NCBI RefSeq assembly: GCF_037042905.1
Contig: NC_087251.1
Coordinates: 47,060,001-47,120,000, forward strand
Length of the DNA: 60,000 nt
Source: Lytechinus pictus
Taxonomy: Eukaryota
Direction of reading: 5' to 3'
This document shows, one piece after another, positions 39,401 through 47,345 of the stretch. Made by a program: the position numbers and the translations under genes. The notes below the pieces were generated by a model. The model searched no databases, was not told the DNA's origin, and saw nothing but the letters and a program-made list of their open reading frames with translations. How positions within the stretch are numbered: position 1 is the stretch's first letter; every line of letters starts with the position of its first letter.

Positions 39401-42400
39401 AGGATATATGAAATTAAAGTGAATATAACTCCGAAATTCCAAACAGCCATTGGTTTTCTCTGCATTTAGAGATTTAGTGCAGCCTCTTGAAAAAAATGAA
39501 TTGGAATTGTTTGTCATTCTGCAGTCACAGTTCCACACACAGAGTGCGCATTTGCCATTGAAAACTGCATGCGCGATGAGTGGTGCGTAGCTTTAGGACC
39601 CGCTTAGCTTTAGGACCCCCTACCATACATGTTATGGGGTCTGTTTCACAAAGAGTTACTTTGGCAACTTTGCCATTATTACAATAACCGTAGAAATCTT
39701 AATTGTGATTGGCTGCCGACTCATGTTACCATGGTAGTTGCCATAATCGCAAACTTACAACTATTGGCAATCCTCTATGAATCAGGCCCAATATGTTGAT
39801 TACTTGTTATGTGCGCTAAAATGTATCATTTAAAAAAATCTTTTTACACAGAAAATGGATTCATATTCTTCAAGCAGGTCAATGTGCTGGGATTTAAGCT
39901 AAATTTTAAAAGGATGTAATGTTGAATATTCGGATATGATTGAGTACTCATGTTATTTTACTAAAATGTATCAATATTAGAAGTATTTGACAAAGAAAAT
40001 GGACTTAGTTAATATATATATTTTTTTTTAAAAGTTAAAATATAATGTGCCTGTGGCTAAATGTTTTATGTGAAAACTTGCCTTTGTTACGTGTAATGAA
40101 TCCATTGTCTTTTATTGACTATAGCACTGGTGCTGGCTATGAGGTTGGCGAGAGGGTCCTTGTGCATTATGGGAGAGGAAGAACAGAGAAAATATATGAA
40201 GCTAAGGTAAGTTAATGCATGCCCTGAGGAAAGATCATGATATTGAATTCAGCTATTTCTCTTGCAAAATTAGTCCTTACAAACAAAGTTATATGAATTT
40301 CTTTACTCCAACTCAATGCTTTTATCACCTCATGTGGAAATAAGACATACTTGTATTCACTGACGAAAATAAAAATATATTTTGCCTCCTCTGTCCGAAG
40401 GTTTCAATTTCAGATGCATGTAGCAATGTTCTAAGGTGTTGACATGTACATTGTTTATTTGAATGATTTATTTACCATTGTATTGGTAGATAATGTTTCT
40501 TTTTCTATTCAGAGTATGTTTTCAAAATTTCTTGAGAATTAGTTCAGAAACAAAATAAGAATATCTAAGGATGAACTCATGAAAAATACAACATTTTTTA
40601 CTTGTTTGCTGACTAGATGGTAAATCAAAGCCACCGTCCATTCAAGCCTTACCCACTCAAGATGGCAGTCCCCTGCATCCCATGGTTCATAAATATTTTC
40701 AACTAAAAATGATGACTAGTATTGTATATTTTTATATGATGTTTAATTCAGATGCTCCGTTACTGCTGATACTGTTGATATGCTATTGTTGCTTTGTGTT
40801 TTTGTTGGAATGCAGAATAAATGAAATCAAACAAATGATAAGATTTCTATTGTAGTTGGTAGTAATTATAGTAACATGTGTATTTCACATACTTGCAATT
40901 TTGTAGCATACATCAGCTTTCTCAAACATGTTTGGTCTGGGAGTTATTTTACCCTTACCATTATTTATGCCTTTTATCTTTCAGGTTGTAGACATTGAGC
41001 TGAAGGGCAAGGACCACGTCTTCACTGTCCATTATACAGGCTGGAATAACAGATACGACGAGGCTGTCAGGAAGGCTCGCATTGTTGGCTCTGCTGAAAA
41101 GAAAAAGAAAAAACTAACTCCGAAAGGGAAACCTGAGAAAGAAAAGTTAAAAAAGGATGCCGAGAAGAAAGAAAAGGAGGAACAACAGAGGAAGGAAAGG
41201 GAGGAGATGGACAGAAGGGAACGAGAAGAGAAAGAGAGAAGAGCGAGGCAGGAACAAGAACAGAAGGAAAGGGAAGAAGCAGAAAGGCTTGAAAAGGCAA
41301 GAGCTGAGAAGGAGAGGCAGGAGAAAGAAAGGCAAGAGAAGCTCGAAAAGGAAAGAAAGGAGAAGCTGGAGAAGGAGAGACTCGAAAGAGAGCGGAAAGA
41401 AAGGCAGGAAAGGGAAAAGAAAGAGAGACTGGAAAGAGAGCGGCAGGAAAAGGAACTGAAGGAGAGACTGGAGAAGGAGCGGCAGGAGCGCGATAGGAAG
41501 GAGAGGCAAGAGAAGGAAAGGAAAGAGAAACAGGAAAGGGACAGGCGAGAAAAGGCGGAGCGAGAGAAGAAGGAGAAGGAACGATTGGAGCAGGAGAAGC
41601 AGGAAAAGGAGCTAGCAGAAAAGGCTAAGGAAGAGAAAGAACGGAAGGAGAAAGCGGGAAAGGAAGGGAAGAAAACACCTAGCGGAAAGAGGGGTCGCCC
41701 TTCACTCAACAAGTCATCTCCTGCCCCTCAGACTCCTCCAAGGACCACTCCATCTGCAAGAGGGAAATCCCCATCACCTGCTTCAGTCTTCTCACAGAGG
41801 TCCATGAGATCAGATAGGAAAAGTCTTACAGAATCTCCATTTGCAAGTGGACTCAACGGTAAGATACCATCATACATGTTCCTGGGGAAAGGGGGTGTGT
41901 CCTCAAGAGCTGTTTGTAAATTTCATGCCTTTGATGAAAGACTTGAACATGAAGTACTAAATTAGGTGCCACATTTTTCTCTCTCTCTCTTCTTCTTTTT
42001 TTTGTTTTACATTTTTTTTGTTTTGTCATTTTAATGAGATTGTGGATACAATATATTTATACATAAAAATTATTTTGTTGATAGCAAAATGATTGAGTAA
42101 TGTTTGCAATATTCAAGATCATTGCAAAGTCAAGTCATGCATAACTTTACAAGCATCTTTATGAAGCACTTCTGCATTGATTCTCATAGCAAGTTTAACT
42201 ATAGTGAAGTGAGTGGATCTGTAGCTTGATTGAAATCATTGCGAATGACGTGGTAAGGGAGAGGGGGGTTGTAATAAACTGAAAATAAGGGCCATGTATT
42301 GAAAATGAGAGCAAGTTTCTGCTTCAAAGTTCAAACAATTCATAATGTTGTGAAAACACTGAGATGTGAAAACTGTTCCATATTCATGTTTCTTCATGAA

Positions 42401-45400
42401 CACCGCTATTGTGCATGAGCAAAAATAGAAATCATTTAATTCAATAACATTCTAACCAAATACTTTTGTTCTATTTTATTTATCCGCAGTTCGATCTCGA
42501 TCTAAACGATCATCAACTGGGGAATATAGAAGAGGCGCCCAAGATGGTAAGTCTAATTCAATTAAGATCAAGATAAGTGCAGTCCTACAAGAAATAAGTA
42601 ATGACTAATACTAGTGATGATAGCAATTTCAAAACTTATTATAATGTCACATAGAAAAAAAAGAATACATGGGGGCTACAAATTTTGTCCCCTGAAATTC
42701 TATAAAAGAGACCTGGATAAAATAAGAGTCCTGGAAAATTCCTGTTCATTGCAATGTTAAAGTTTCTCCAATTTGCAGATTCAGCTTGTATGTTGGGAAA
42801 AGTAGCCCCCAAAATCTAAAAAAAAAAAACCAAACCATTGCTTGCCTATAATGTCAGGCTTACCATTTGTGCATATCCAAACCTCATCATTTTAATGTGA
42901 ATTTGACATATCCACAGAATTCACAAAATGGAGTATAATATCAAACTATCACTACCATGGCAAGAGGACCATAAGACAATCTGAATCTGTAGAGTTCCTG
43001 GTTCTAATCATCAAGAGGATATTGAAGACCAATTAGAACGTTAACGGTCGAGAGGGCACAATATTTTTATTACATTATGGAGTCAAGTCCCACCACTTTA
43101 CGGTTGGCTGGAGGGACTATGCTAGTTCATCCTTTTTGTCTCACCTGCAAAGCAGAGTAAGACTATAGGTGCCGCTTTTCCGACGGCAATGGCAGCGGCG
43201 TCAACACCAAATCTTAACCAAAGGTTAAGTTTTTTATATGACAGCATAACTTAGAAAGTATATGGACCTAGTTCATGAAACTTGGCCATGAGGTTAATCA
43301 ACTATTACTGAACATCCTTCCTGAGTTTCAGGTCACATGACCAAGGTCAAAGATCATTTAGGGTCAATGAACTTTGGCAAAGTTGGGGATATCTTTTGAA
43401 TTACCATTATAACTTTGAAAGTTTATGGATCTGATTCATGAAACTTGGACATAAGAGTAATTAAGTATCACTGAACATCCTGTGCGAATTTCAGGTCGCA
43501 TGACCAAGGTCAAAGGTCAATTAGATTTGGCCATGTCGGGGTATCTGTTGAATTACCATCATAACTTTGAAAGTTTATGGATCTGATTCATGAAACATGG
43601 ACATAAGAGTAATCAAGTGTCACTGAACATCCTGTGCGAGTTTAAGGTCACATGACTAAGGCCAAAGGTCATTTAAGGTCAATAAACTTAGGCCATGTTG
43701 GGGGTATTTGTTGAATTACCATCAAAACTCTGTAAGTGTATTGGTCTAGTTCTTAAAACTTGGACATAAGAGTAATCAAGTATCACTGAACATCTCATGC
43801 CAGTATCAGGTCACATGACCAAAATCAAAGGTCATTTAAGGTCATTGAACTTTGGCCATTTTGGATGTAATTATTAGATTGCTGTCATAACTTTCAAAGT
43901 TTATAAAATGTGGATATAGGTGTAATCAAGTATCACTGACACGTCTTAGGTCACATGATCAAGGTCAAATGTCAATGAACGTAGTATTGTATCATTATAT
44001 GAATGGTGTTTTTGGTGAATAATTATTTCATAGTAGTTTTCAAAGTCAGCACTGCTGCTATATTGAATTGCGCGATGCAGATGAGACTGCCAGAGGGGCT
44101 CCACTTGTCTGAAAGTATCCCACGGTTTATCTTTGAGTGCCTCAGGCGTCTTAGGGTCCACAATTTCAACTAATTTTTGTTTGTTTATTTACTTGCTGAC
44201 CACAATTAGCCAATTAGAAAATGTCAGGAGGCTCGTGACACGAATAATTACAGCAACCAGTTTAGTTTCGCCTTTGCAATACATTCCACTGGTGCAATTA
44301 AAAATTACGAGATCATGATTTATTCACTCATACTGTGCATTTTCTTGCCACTTTATTTCAGTATATCAGACTATTTTCAACTGACAATAAACCATGAAAT
44401 GAAAATTTGGAAAGTAATGTTCGATGGTATCTGATGTACACAGAAGTCAGAAAGTTGTCTTTTTTTCTTAGAAGCTTTTGTCACCATTGTTCATTTTATT
44501 ATCTTTGTTAATAATAATAATAATAATGACATATTTACCCAGGGTAGCCACTTCAGTTCCGAAAACTGTTCTTCCAGCGGGCCCTGCTATTATTATTATA
44601 ATGGAAGATTATTAAGTGATTTTCATCATCTCTTGTATCACAGATTCAGACAGTGAATTGGACGAGTTAGATGCTCAGTCTGAGAGCCAGCAGTCTACTC
44701 AAGACAGTGAAGACTCCCAGCTCAAAGACACCAGTGCCCAAGAGCCGGAGGACCATGACGACAATGAGTCAACAAAGACCGAGGATTATGCTGCAACTCT
44801 GACCAAAGTCAGCGAAGAGAAGCCAAGCTTTGATGACGATTTGGACGAAGGACCCCCGACCTTGACAGCAGAAGTGGCACCAGAGTCCGTAGAATCCAGA
44901 CTGCAGGAAGTCGAATCGGAAGCACCGAAGGTGGAGGAAGTCGACAAGGTGATTGTAGAGAAAGAAGGAAGGTCGAAGACAAAGAAAGAATCTAAGATCC
45001 GGCTGAGGAAGTCGATAGACAAGGAGAGAGATGGGAAGGATTCGGCAAATGAATCATCTAAAGGAGACAAGGTCACTGGGAAGGATGGTGTCAAAGGCAA
45101 CAATGATGCTGAAGATGTGAAGGAGAAGATAAGTGATACACCGGTCCTTGAAAGGCAGATTTCTATGGAAGATGAACTGAAAGAGAAGTTGGAGGATTTG
45201 AAACAAGAGAGCAAAGGTTCAGCATCAGATGCTGATAAACCAACGGAGAAGAAGAAGGGTAGGAGGAAAGGAAGGAAGAGCCTGGAAAGTAGAAAGAGGA
45301 GCAAACCACAGGCAGATGTTGTAGATATCTCTGAGAAATCAGAAGCCTCAGAGCCATCGGAACCAAAGAAGAAACACGCCAAGATTGACAGGAGGAAATC

Positions 45401-46939
45401 CGATAAAGGAGGGAGGAAGTCCAAGGTACAGGAGACCAAAACACCTGCTGATAATACAGACAGTGACTTTGGGACCAGCTCCATCGAAGACAAATCCATT
45501 CCAGGAACCAGCAAATCTTTCATGACAACTCCACCTACTACTCCAGAGAGTTCTCCAAAGATGCCGTCTTCTCCAGCTTGCGAAGAAGATCTTCAGATGA
45601 AGACAGAAGAGCAGAGCAGCAACAAGAGCGACAGCGACGCCCTGATAGAGGTAGCCAGTATTGACGACAGAGAAATGACCGAGACCAGAGAGAATAGTAG
45701 TACTCCACTTGCCAGCTCTGCACCGAAGAAAGCCACATCATCATCCCAGCAGGCTTCACCGAAGAAGAGGCGGAGGGGTCTGTCGGAGTCGGAACACACC
45801 AAGAAACGCAGGAAGCATGGCAGGAGGCGGCAGTCGTCTATCTCAGAGAGGAGGAACTCTGCCAAGGAACGAGGCAATAACAACAGCAGCGACACTGATG
45901 AGAGCAGGTCAGAGAGTAGATTGACCTCAAGCTCGGCCAAGCATCATATGTCACTCAAGAAATATGCAAGGGCTTTGCCTCCATCAAGGGTATCTGACAG
46001 TGGCGGACAAGAGGGCAATCAAAAACAGCGAAGATGGAATTTCCTAGTTGGTGAGGATCTTCATGTTTCTTAGTTGTAATTTTAGACTTCATATCACTAG
46101 GGTGTTCCCATAGGTTTTCTTTCATAAAACAGCATAATTTTTTACATACATGTATGTGTCTCGGGTACCTTGTCAAAAGTCAGAGCTGTGCCCTTCGCAC
46201 AGGAATCCCGCAAGCGGCCTTTTATTACCAATTCTGATAGAACCTACGCAACTCATAGTCCCTGTTGCTCATGATACACAAATTGTCAGTAGTGTGCAAG
46301 AGGTAATGGCTATTAATGTACCATGTACCAACATACTAGGAGTTGGGAGTAAGATGAGTTATGTGGGCGTAAAAGTCCATCAGAGCATATCATTTCCTAA
46401 TTTCTAGAACTGATCTTCCCTTTAATCCATGTACCCAGCATGCAATCATTATTTTCCATTGTTATGATTATCTTCATCCTTCAGATCTGAGCACAGTAAA
46501 GGAACCGGATGAGAGGATAGCCATCATTCAGCATCAACTATCAGAACTACGTTCAGTCTACTTACAGCTCAAACAAGAAGTGGCTACTATTGACAGGAGG
46601 AGAAAAAAGTTCCGCAAAAAGGAGAGGGAAGGTATGTAATATTTAATTGATGCCAACCAGTCCCCCCCCCCCCAACAGACCAGACAGATTGAGTTTTCAA
46701 AAAAAAAACAAAAGTAAAAGGGCAGGTTTGAAGGATAGAAAAAAAAAGCTTCTCTGCTAAGAATAATTTTTCCAGTAAAACGTGATGCCATTTTTGATAG
46801 AATGTCGCTCATTTAATATTGAGTTGTTAAAAGGTCACTGAAAAATTGTTGTGTGCTGAAATCTGTATGTATTCAGTACCTTCAAAATAAATGATGACCT
46901 GCTTCCTGAGGTTTTTTTTATATTTATTTATCTATCTAG

Positions 46940-47031
<92 letters not shown>

Positions 47032-47345
47032 TTATCTATTAATTTACTTATTTATACATTCTGTCCATATATATATATTTGAACTACTAAAAAATTCTTG
47101 AGATAATTTTCTGTGCTTTTCTTTACTCTCCAAATATCTAGGTTATTTGCCATGCTAGTACAAGTACTGGAATGGTACGTTTTATACTAAGGACATTAAA
47201 TCAGTCTGAACCAAACCAACCATGCTCAATGTTTTCCTACATCTTTCTGTCTGACTTTACAGCTGCTCAAGTCATGGCTGGTGTTGCACTAGGTCACTGC
47301 CTGTCCCAGGGTCAAGATAGGATGGAGTCTGGTGGTGGATCATAG
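1387..47345 (+). CDS. ARID4B: AT-rich interactive domain-containing protein 4 (ARID4A/ARID4B ortholog), 19 coding exons, about 1529 aa. join(1387..1389,18420..18530,21021..21083,28224..28317,28977..29056,29473..29579,30076..30232,30812..30894,31936..32018,33027..33227,33942..34134,36307..36511,37140..37699,40125..40206,40985..41858,42490..42546,44644..46050,46485..46631,47263..47345)
   Basis: Manual splicing gives an uninterrupted frame (4590 nt, divisible by 3) with all introns GT-AG. Family motifs: [75 protein letters not shown], chromobarrel [13 protein letters not shown]-terminal [14 protein letters not shown]. The first and last exons are less certain. Confidence 0.93.
1903..3219. mobile_element. 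Non-autonomous TIR DNA transposon (about 1.3 kb) with subterminal repeat arrays
   Basis: 11-bp TIR TAATGTTGTAA / TTACAACATTA. About 58-bp repeats (GATGATTTGTTTTGATCTCCGA...) at 2130-2350 recur inverted at 2955-3050. About 109-bp tandem repeats at 2650-2910. Confidence 0.65.
4222..4811. mobile_element. Foldback MITE (about 590 bp, about 285-bp inverted arms) nested in the Harbinger-like element
   Basis: The left arm (GAAGTTCGTGCAGG...AATAATTCGCTGC) is the reverse complement of the right arm (GCAGCGAATTATT...CCTGCACGAACTTC). Confidence 0.85.
5268..5697. mobile_element. MITE with CCGG(G)nTACT termini and an 8-bp TSD; contains a CAGGGGCGGATCCAGG-family fragment (about 5391-5520)
   Basis: CTACTATG duplicated at 5260-5267 and 5698-5705; TIR CCGGGGG..GTACT / AGTACCCC..CCGGG. 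Confidence 0.8.
8700..11160 (-). mobile_element. Decayed non-LTR retrotransposon (LINE) ORF2 remnant
   Basis: Minus-strand translation near 10420-10150 gives [26 protein letters not shown] and [16 protein letters not shown] (RT N-terminal blocks); near 9870-9790 it gives [22 protein letters not shown] (post-RT region). Many stops and frameshifts; the RT core appears deleted. Boundaries approximate. Confidence 0.8.
9091..9501. mobile_element. hAT-like MITE inserted in the LINE remnant
   Basis: TIR CAGGGTGCTACATA / TATGTAGCACCCTG; perfect 8-bp TSD GGTTGATG (9083-9090, 9502-9509); internal CTTGCCC/GGGCAAG motifs. Confidence 0.92.
12230..16861. mobile_element. 4.6-kb TIR DNA transposon with a 4-bp TSD (Sola-like), non-autonomous or decayed
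   Basis: About 25-bp TIR GGGTCATTCCA[T/C]GGGGTTGGGGCAA / TTGCCCCAACCCCGTGGAATGACCC; AACT duplicated at 12226-12229 and 16862-16865. Confidence 0.82.
12628..13387. repeat. About 390-bp tandem duplication inside the Sola-like element
   Basis: TGTGTCGTTCTTTTTTCTCACCAGTCAAG... starts at 12628 and again at 13018, nearly identical. Confidence 0.92.
17434..17590. mobile_element. About 155-bp MITE (related copy at about 56845-57001)
   Basis: TIR ACCTCAGTCACATTTACTCTACGGCGG / CCGTCGTAGAGTAAATGTAACTGAGGT; shared core AGCTGGTACAAAAAATGTTAA. Confidence 0.8.
17670..18369. mobile_element. hAT-like non-autonomous element
   Basis: 8-bp TSD AACTGTAA (17662-17669, 18370-18377); degenerate TIR TAGACTTGAGTC / GACCCAGGCCTA; CCGGA/CCGGT-rich subtermini; internal inverted repeat at about 17835-17910 / 17955-18035. 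Confidence 0.78.
18420..18530 (+). CDS. ARID4B: ARID4 exon 2 (Tudor N-terminus: [37 protein letters not shown])
   Basis: tttacag|GCT ... AAG|gtaaag; highly conserved ARID4 N-terminus. Confidence 0.96.
21021..21083 (+). CDS. ARID4B: ARID4 exon 3 ([21 protein letters not shown])
   Basis: gtttag|ATC ... AAA|gtaagt; phase 0-0. Confidence 0.92.
22262..23066. mobile_element. Harbinger-like MITE nested in the 4.3-kb element
   Basis: TIR GGCTGCGTTTAT / ATAAACGCACCC, TAA/CAA flanks, arrays of GAATCATGATT at both ends. Confidence 0.75.
24249..24403. mobile_element. Short MITE with CAGGG..CCCTG termini and a 5-bp TSD
   Basis: CAGGGCCGTGGAA / TTCCGCGGCCCCTG; CATTT on both flanks. Confidence 0.7.
26352..26824. 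mobile_element. MITE with TIR CAGACCTGCCAACC and a 6-bp TSD
   Basis: CAGACCTGCCAACC / GGTTGGCAGGTCTG; ATTATT on both flanks. Confidence 0.85.
27598..27740. mobile_element. Short Harbinger-type MITE (related inverted copy at about 47557-47690)
   Basis: GGGGTGTTTTTCATGAAAC / CTCATGAAATGCTCCCC ends; core AGCCAATCAGATGCAAGAATTTTCAGTAGC. Confidence 0.6.
28224..28317 (+). CDS. ARID4B: ARID4 exon 4 (IGAKVEAKM...[10 protein letters not shown])
   Basis: aaag|ATT ... GTCG|gtaagt; Tudor motif DASxYTV. Confidence 0.92.
28977..29056 (+). CDS. ARID4B: ARID4 exon 5 ([27 protein letters not shown])
   Basis: tcgtag|TA ... GAA|gtaagt; conserved motif. Confidence 0.95.
29473..29579 (+). CDS. ARID4B: ARID4 exon 6 ([19 protein letters not shown]...)
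   Basis: tcacag|ACA ... CA|gtaagt. Confidence 0.95.
30076..30232 (+). CDS. ARID4B: ARID4 exon 7 (acidic tract; GKIVIVE...FFPAL, start of RBB1NT/PWWP-like domain)
   Basis: aacag|G ... CTG|gtgagt. Confidence 0.92.
30812..30894 (+). CDS. ARID4B: ARID4 exon 8 (VVDPSCTKD...ARSFKDNK)
   Basis: aatag|GTT ... TT|gtaagt; RSFKD motif. Confidence 0.93.
30940..31633 (+). mobile_element. HINE/Tsp-like element with internal tandem repeats (copy 1)
   Basis: 5' AAGACTATAG..GCCGCTTTTCCGA block, GGTCACATGACCAAGGTCAAAGGTC units, 3' GCAGGCGAGACTGCCAGAGGCGCTCCACTTGT; homologous to 43132-44108. Confidence 0.75.
31936..32018 (+). CDS. ARID4B: ARID4 exon 9 ([11 protein letters not shown]...SLKA)
   Basis: ttcag|C ... 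G|gtaagt; phase 2-1 fits both neighbours. Confidence 0.9.
32517..32714. mobile_element. About 200-bp MITE sharing TIRs with the Harbinger-like element at 3463-8690
   Basis: GGGGGGTTTTGCAAGA / TTTCTTGCAACACCCCA. Confidence 0.75.
33027..33227 (+). CDS. ARID4B: ARID4 exon 10 (QLPSNW...[20 protein letters not shown] start)
   Basis: ctttag|CC ... G|gtaaga. Confidence 0.93.
33520..33911. mobile_element. Kolobok-like non-autonomous element (TTAA TSD)
   Basis: TTAA|AGATAAATG ... CATTTATCT|TTAA. Confidence 0.75.
33942..34134 (+). CDS. ARID4B: ARID4 exon 11 (ARID domain core)
   Basis: ttccag|GT ... AA|gtaagt; [29 protein letters not shown]. Confidence 0.97.
34348..34932. mobile_element. Kolobok-like foldback MITE (TTAA TSD, about 200-bp inverted arms)
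   Basis: TTAA|AGGAGAATGAAATCTTTGGAACAAG ... CTTGTTCCAAAGGTTTCATTCCCCT|TTAA; long internal inverted arms. Confidence 0.85.
35945..36207 (-). mobile_element. tRNA-derived SINE
   Basis: Minus strand: TGGCTCAGTTGGTAGAGCG (A box), CTCACAA loop, GGTTCAAACCC (B box), then about 190 bp of non-tRNA body ending in AATAAA and an AT-rich tail; acceptor stem imperfect. Confidence 0.85.
36307..36511 (+). CDS. ARID4B: ARID4 exon 12 ([13 protein letters not shown] end)
   Basis: cccag|G ... AGG|gtatgc. Confidence 0.92.
37140..37699 (+). CDS. ARID4B: ARID4 exon 13 (K/D/E-rich low-complexity linker); alternative in-frame acceptor at 37098
   Basis: caacag|GTG ... AT|gtaagt; 560 nt, phase 0-2. Confidence 0.85.
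37853..39629. mobile_element. Outer TGT...ACA TIR element interrupted inside its left TIR
   Basis: The left TIR TGTATGATGGGGGGACC|TAAAGCTA (split) matches the right TAGCTTTAGGACCCCCTACCATACA; no TSD is evident. Confidence 0.6.
37870..39115. mobile_element. 1.25-kb TIR element (CAGAGCT.CCAA termini) with a 7-bp duplication
   Basis: CAGAGCTTCCAA / TTGGCAGCTCTG; GGGGACC at 37863-37869 and 39116-39122; TCTCCCG subterminal motifs; GC-rich core. Confidence 0.75.
40125..40206 (+). CDS. ARID4B: ARID4 exon 14 (chromobarrel N-half: [23 protein letters not shown])
   Basis: tatag|C ... AAG|gtaagt. Confidence 0.94.
40985..41858 (+). CDS. ARID4B: ARID4 exon 15 (chromobarrel C-half, long E/R/K-rich helix, KRGRP AT-hook-like motif)
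   Basis: tttcag|GTT ... G|gtaaga; [12 protein letters not shown]. Confidence 0.94.
42490..42546 (+). CDS. ARID4B: ARID4 exon 16 (57 nt, [19 protein letters not shown])
   Basis: ccgcag|TT ... G|gtaagt; symmetric phase 1-1, open frame. Confidence 0.78.
43132..44108 (+). mobile_element. HINE/Tsp-like element with about 120-bp internal tandem repeats (copy 2)
   Basis: 5' TTTTTGTCTCACCTGC and 3' GCAGATGAGAC subterminal inverted repeats, GGCAGCGGCG microsatellite, about 6 tandem GGACATAAGAGTAATCAAGTATCACTGAACATCC units. Confidence 0.8.
44644..46050 (+). CDS. ARID4B: ARID4 exon 17 (1407 nt acidic/basic disordered region; [11 protein letters not shown])
   Basis: cacag|AT ... G|gtgagg; long ORF 44616-46073. 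Confidence 0.92.
46485..46631 (+). CDS. ARID4B: ARID4 exon 18 (R2 coiled coil: [33 protein letters not shown])
   Basis: ttcag|AT ... G|gtatgt; conserved ARID4 C-terminal repression domain. Confidence 0.95.
46925..47040. repeat. (ATCT)n microsatellite
   Basis: Directly visible. Confidence 0.95.
47263..47345 (+). CDS. ARID4B: ARID4 terminal coding exon 19 ([27 protein letters not shown])
   Basis: tttacag|CT, phase-compatible, TAG at 47343-47345, followed by AT-rich 3'UTR-like sequence. Confidence 0.75.

Noticed and set aside
44508..44602. (AAT)n-flanked short segments here and at about 35663-35735
   Set aside because: They look like truncated 3' tails of LINE/SINE elements and are too short to classify.
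37013..45940. Long minus-strand S/F/L-rich ORFs (37013-37648, 41032-41712, 44786-45523, 45593-45940)
   Set aside because: Antisense shadows of purine-rich K/E/R exons of ARID4.
46891..47082. ORF with YLSI repeats
   Set aside because: Translation of the (ATCT)n microsatellite.
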